DNA of 50,827 bases from an uncultured Anaerolinea sp. (GTDB taxonomy: Bacteria > Chloroflexota > Anaerolineae > Anaerolineales > Anaerolineaceae), in NCBI GenBank assembly GCA_964390015.1, contig CAYMGO010000003.1:1-50827 (forward strand). Direction: 5' to 3'. A program made the translations under genes and the position numbers. Below, in pieces: positions 47,377 through 50,827 of the stretch (position 1 is the first letter of the stretch; every line of letters starts with the position of its first letter). Below the pieces are notes generated by a model. It saw only the letters and a program-made list of their open reading frames with translations, had not been told where the DNA came from and ran no database searches.

Positions 47377-47382
47377 AGTGAT

Positions 47383-48438
47383 ATGAGAACGATTGAATGG
47401 GTGCGTGAATCCCGAAAAGTTCGTTTGATCGACCAACGGCGGTTGCCAACGGCTTTAGAGTACCTCATGATCGATACCCCCGACCAGATGGTGGAAGCGA
47501 TTCGCACGATGGCAATTCGCGGCGCGCCTGCGCTGGGGGTTGCTGGTGCTTACGGTCTCGCGCTGCAGGCAGCCAGGGTTGAGCACTCCCGTGGAGAAGA
47601 CCTGCGGGCAATGATTCACACCGCTGCAGCTGCGCTTGTCAGTGCGCGGCCAACTGCGGTGAACCTGGCGTGGGGGGTTACTCAAATCACACGTTTGCTG
47701 GATGATGCAACCCTCTCAGATAGTGAACTTACACAAAGGATTATCAATAGAGCGAATGAGTTGGCTGAAGAGGATGTAAAGACCAACCTCCAGCTCGCAG
47801 AGAACGGGGCCAGCTTAATCGAGGATGGCGATACCATCATTCATCACTGCAACACCGGTTCACTGGCGGTTGTGGACTGGGGTACAGCCCTCGGCGCCAT
47901 CCGCTACGCTCACGAGCATGGCAAACGTGTGCATGTGCTGGTAGATGAAACCCGACCGCGGCTGCAGGGTTCTCGCCTGACCGCATGGGAATGCGAGCAG
48001 TACGGCATCCCCTACGAAATCATCACTGATAATGCTGCCGGCTTCTTCCTCAAAAATGGAAAAGTACAGAAGGTTTTCTTCGGTGCGGACCGCGTAGCTG
48101 CCAATGGTGATGTTGTCAATAAGGTGGGCACGTACATGCTCAGCCTGGCGGCGCATACCAACCGTGTCCCGGTGGTTTGTGTCTTCCCGTTGTCGACGCT
48201 TGATCTATCAATCGCCAGCGGTGAGTTGATTCCCATCGAGGAGCGCGACCCCGCGGAGGTGTTGAACCTCCAGGTCAACGGGGAGGCGATCGCACCCGCG
48301 TCCGCGCATGCCCTGAATCCGGCCTTTGATATCACCCCGCACGAGTTGATCAGCGCCTGGGTCACTGAAGTTGGTTTGATCCAACCGCCTTTTTCTCGCA
48401 ACTTGTCTCAATCCAGATATAATCAGAGAGTGGAATAA
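47383..48438 (+). CDS. mtnA: S-methyl-5-thioribose-1-phosphate isomerase (eIF-2B alpha/beta/delta-like family). A ribose-1,5-bisphosphate isomerase role cannot be excluded.
   Basis: Contains IEWVRESRKVRLIDQRRLP, AIRGAPALGVAGAYGLAL, RPTAVNLAW, HCNTGSLA, VDETRPRLQGSRLTAWE, GADRVAANGDVVNKVGTY and NPAFDITP. Confidence 0.85.
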   Translation: MRTIEWVRESRKVRLIDQRRLPTALEYLMIDTPDQMVEAIRTMAIRGAPALGVAGAYGLALQAARVEHSRGEDLRAMIHTAAAALVSARPTAVNLAWGVTQITRLLDDATLSDSELTQRIINRANELAEEDVKTNLQLAENGASLIEDGDTIIHHCNTGSLAVVDWGTALGAIRYAHEHGKRVHVLVDETRPRLQGSRLTAWECEQYGIPYEIITDNAAGFFLKNGKVQKVFFGADRVAANGDVVNKVGTYMLSLAAHTNRVPVVCVFPLSTLDLSIASGELIPIEERDPAEVLNLQVNGEAIAPASAHALNPAFDITPHELISAWVTEVGLIQPPFSRNLSQSRYNQRVE

Positions 48439-48443
48439 TAAAC

Positions 48444-50677
<2,234 letters not shown>

Positions 50678-50698
50678 ACCGCTCTTAATTTCACAGAG

Positions 50699-50724
50699 AA
50701 CGGAGCCGCAAGGCTCCGTTTTTT
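50699..50724. terminator. Intrinsic terminator between convergent genes
   Basis: aacggagcc gcaa ggctccgtt followed by tttt. The stem is 9 bp. Confidence 0.8.
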
Positions 50725-50827
50725 AATCCTTGATGATGGCCATATTCCCCAGCACCTCCCACGAGCTGAGGAAGGTGTCGTTGCTGCGCCAGTAGACCAG
50801 GTTGTTATCCACAAGTGTGACGCCGTA
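50723..50827 (-). CDS. 3' end of an unidentified - strand gene running off the window
   Basis: The reverse-complement frame reads YGVTLVDNNLVYWRSNDTFLSSWEVLGNMAIIKD, then TAA (50725-50723). Only 34 codons are visible. Confidence 0.3.
   Translation of the reverse strand, partial: YGVTLVDNNLVYWRSNDTFLSSWEVLGNMAIIKD

Overview
This 50.8 kb window is a bacterial chromosomal segment with about 45 protein genes and one tRNA. I saw no rRNA, CRISPR array, transposase, integrase or phage genes. Gene content and style suggest a Chloroflexota (Anaerolineae-like) genome: Glu/Ala/Pro/Thr-rich lipoprotein linkers, a methylmalonyl-CoA mutase catalytic subunit encoded without its B12 domain, frequent GTG/TTG starts and 1-4 nt gene overlaps. 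That taxonomic call is a guess from reading, not a search result.

Layout by coordinate:
- 0-2 kb: tRNA-Glu, then a PII-like gene translationally coupled to a CPA2 cation/proton antiporter.
- 2-12.5 kb: housekeeping genes (mutase plus epimerase, MFS transporter, ldh, uvrA, TipAS-like, ugd, folD).
- 12.6-30.7 kb: a nucleobase-catabolism-like island. It holds an 8-oxoguanine-deaminase-like amidohydrolase, adenine deaminase, a GntR/HutC regulator, an aspartate-carbamoyltransferase paralog, a YgeW-family carbamoyltransferase and carbamate kinase. It continues with a BMP-type ABC importer operon extended by a ThrC-like enzyme, a GT2 glycosyltransferase and a 489-aa PLP enzyme. A 195-aa unknown protein and a D-hydantoinase complete it.
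- 30.7-37.4 kb: three translationally coupled, apparently degenerate complex I/Mrp antiporter-like membrane proteins, a 392-aa coiled-coil protein and selB. All are tightly chained downstream of the hydantoinase.
- 37.4-41.3 kb: rplU-rpmA behind a consensus promoter, an L31 gene with a C-terminal RNA-polymerase-alpha-CTD-like extension, then tdk, hpt and cca.
- 41.3-50.8 kb: an orphan receiver protein, ppdK, a TPR/SLT lytic transglycosylase lipoprotein, and mtnA, a PfkB kinase and ahcY.

The candidates I rate highest for undescribed biology are three. First, the transcarbamylase pair with carbamate kinase inside the nucleobase island. Second, the orphan antiporter-like trio with its coiled-coil partner. 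Third, the L31-alphaCTD fusion. All functional calls come from motif recognition and hand alignment from memory. No searches or computations were run.
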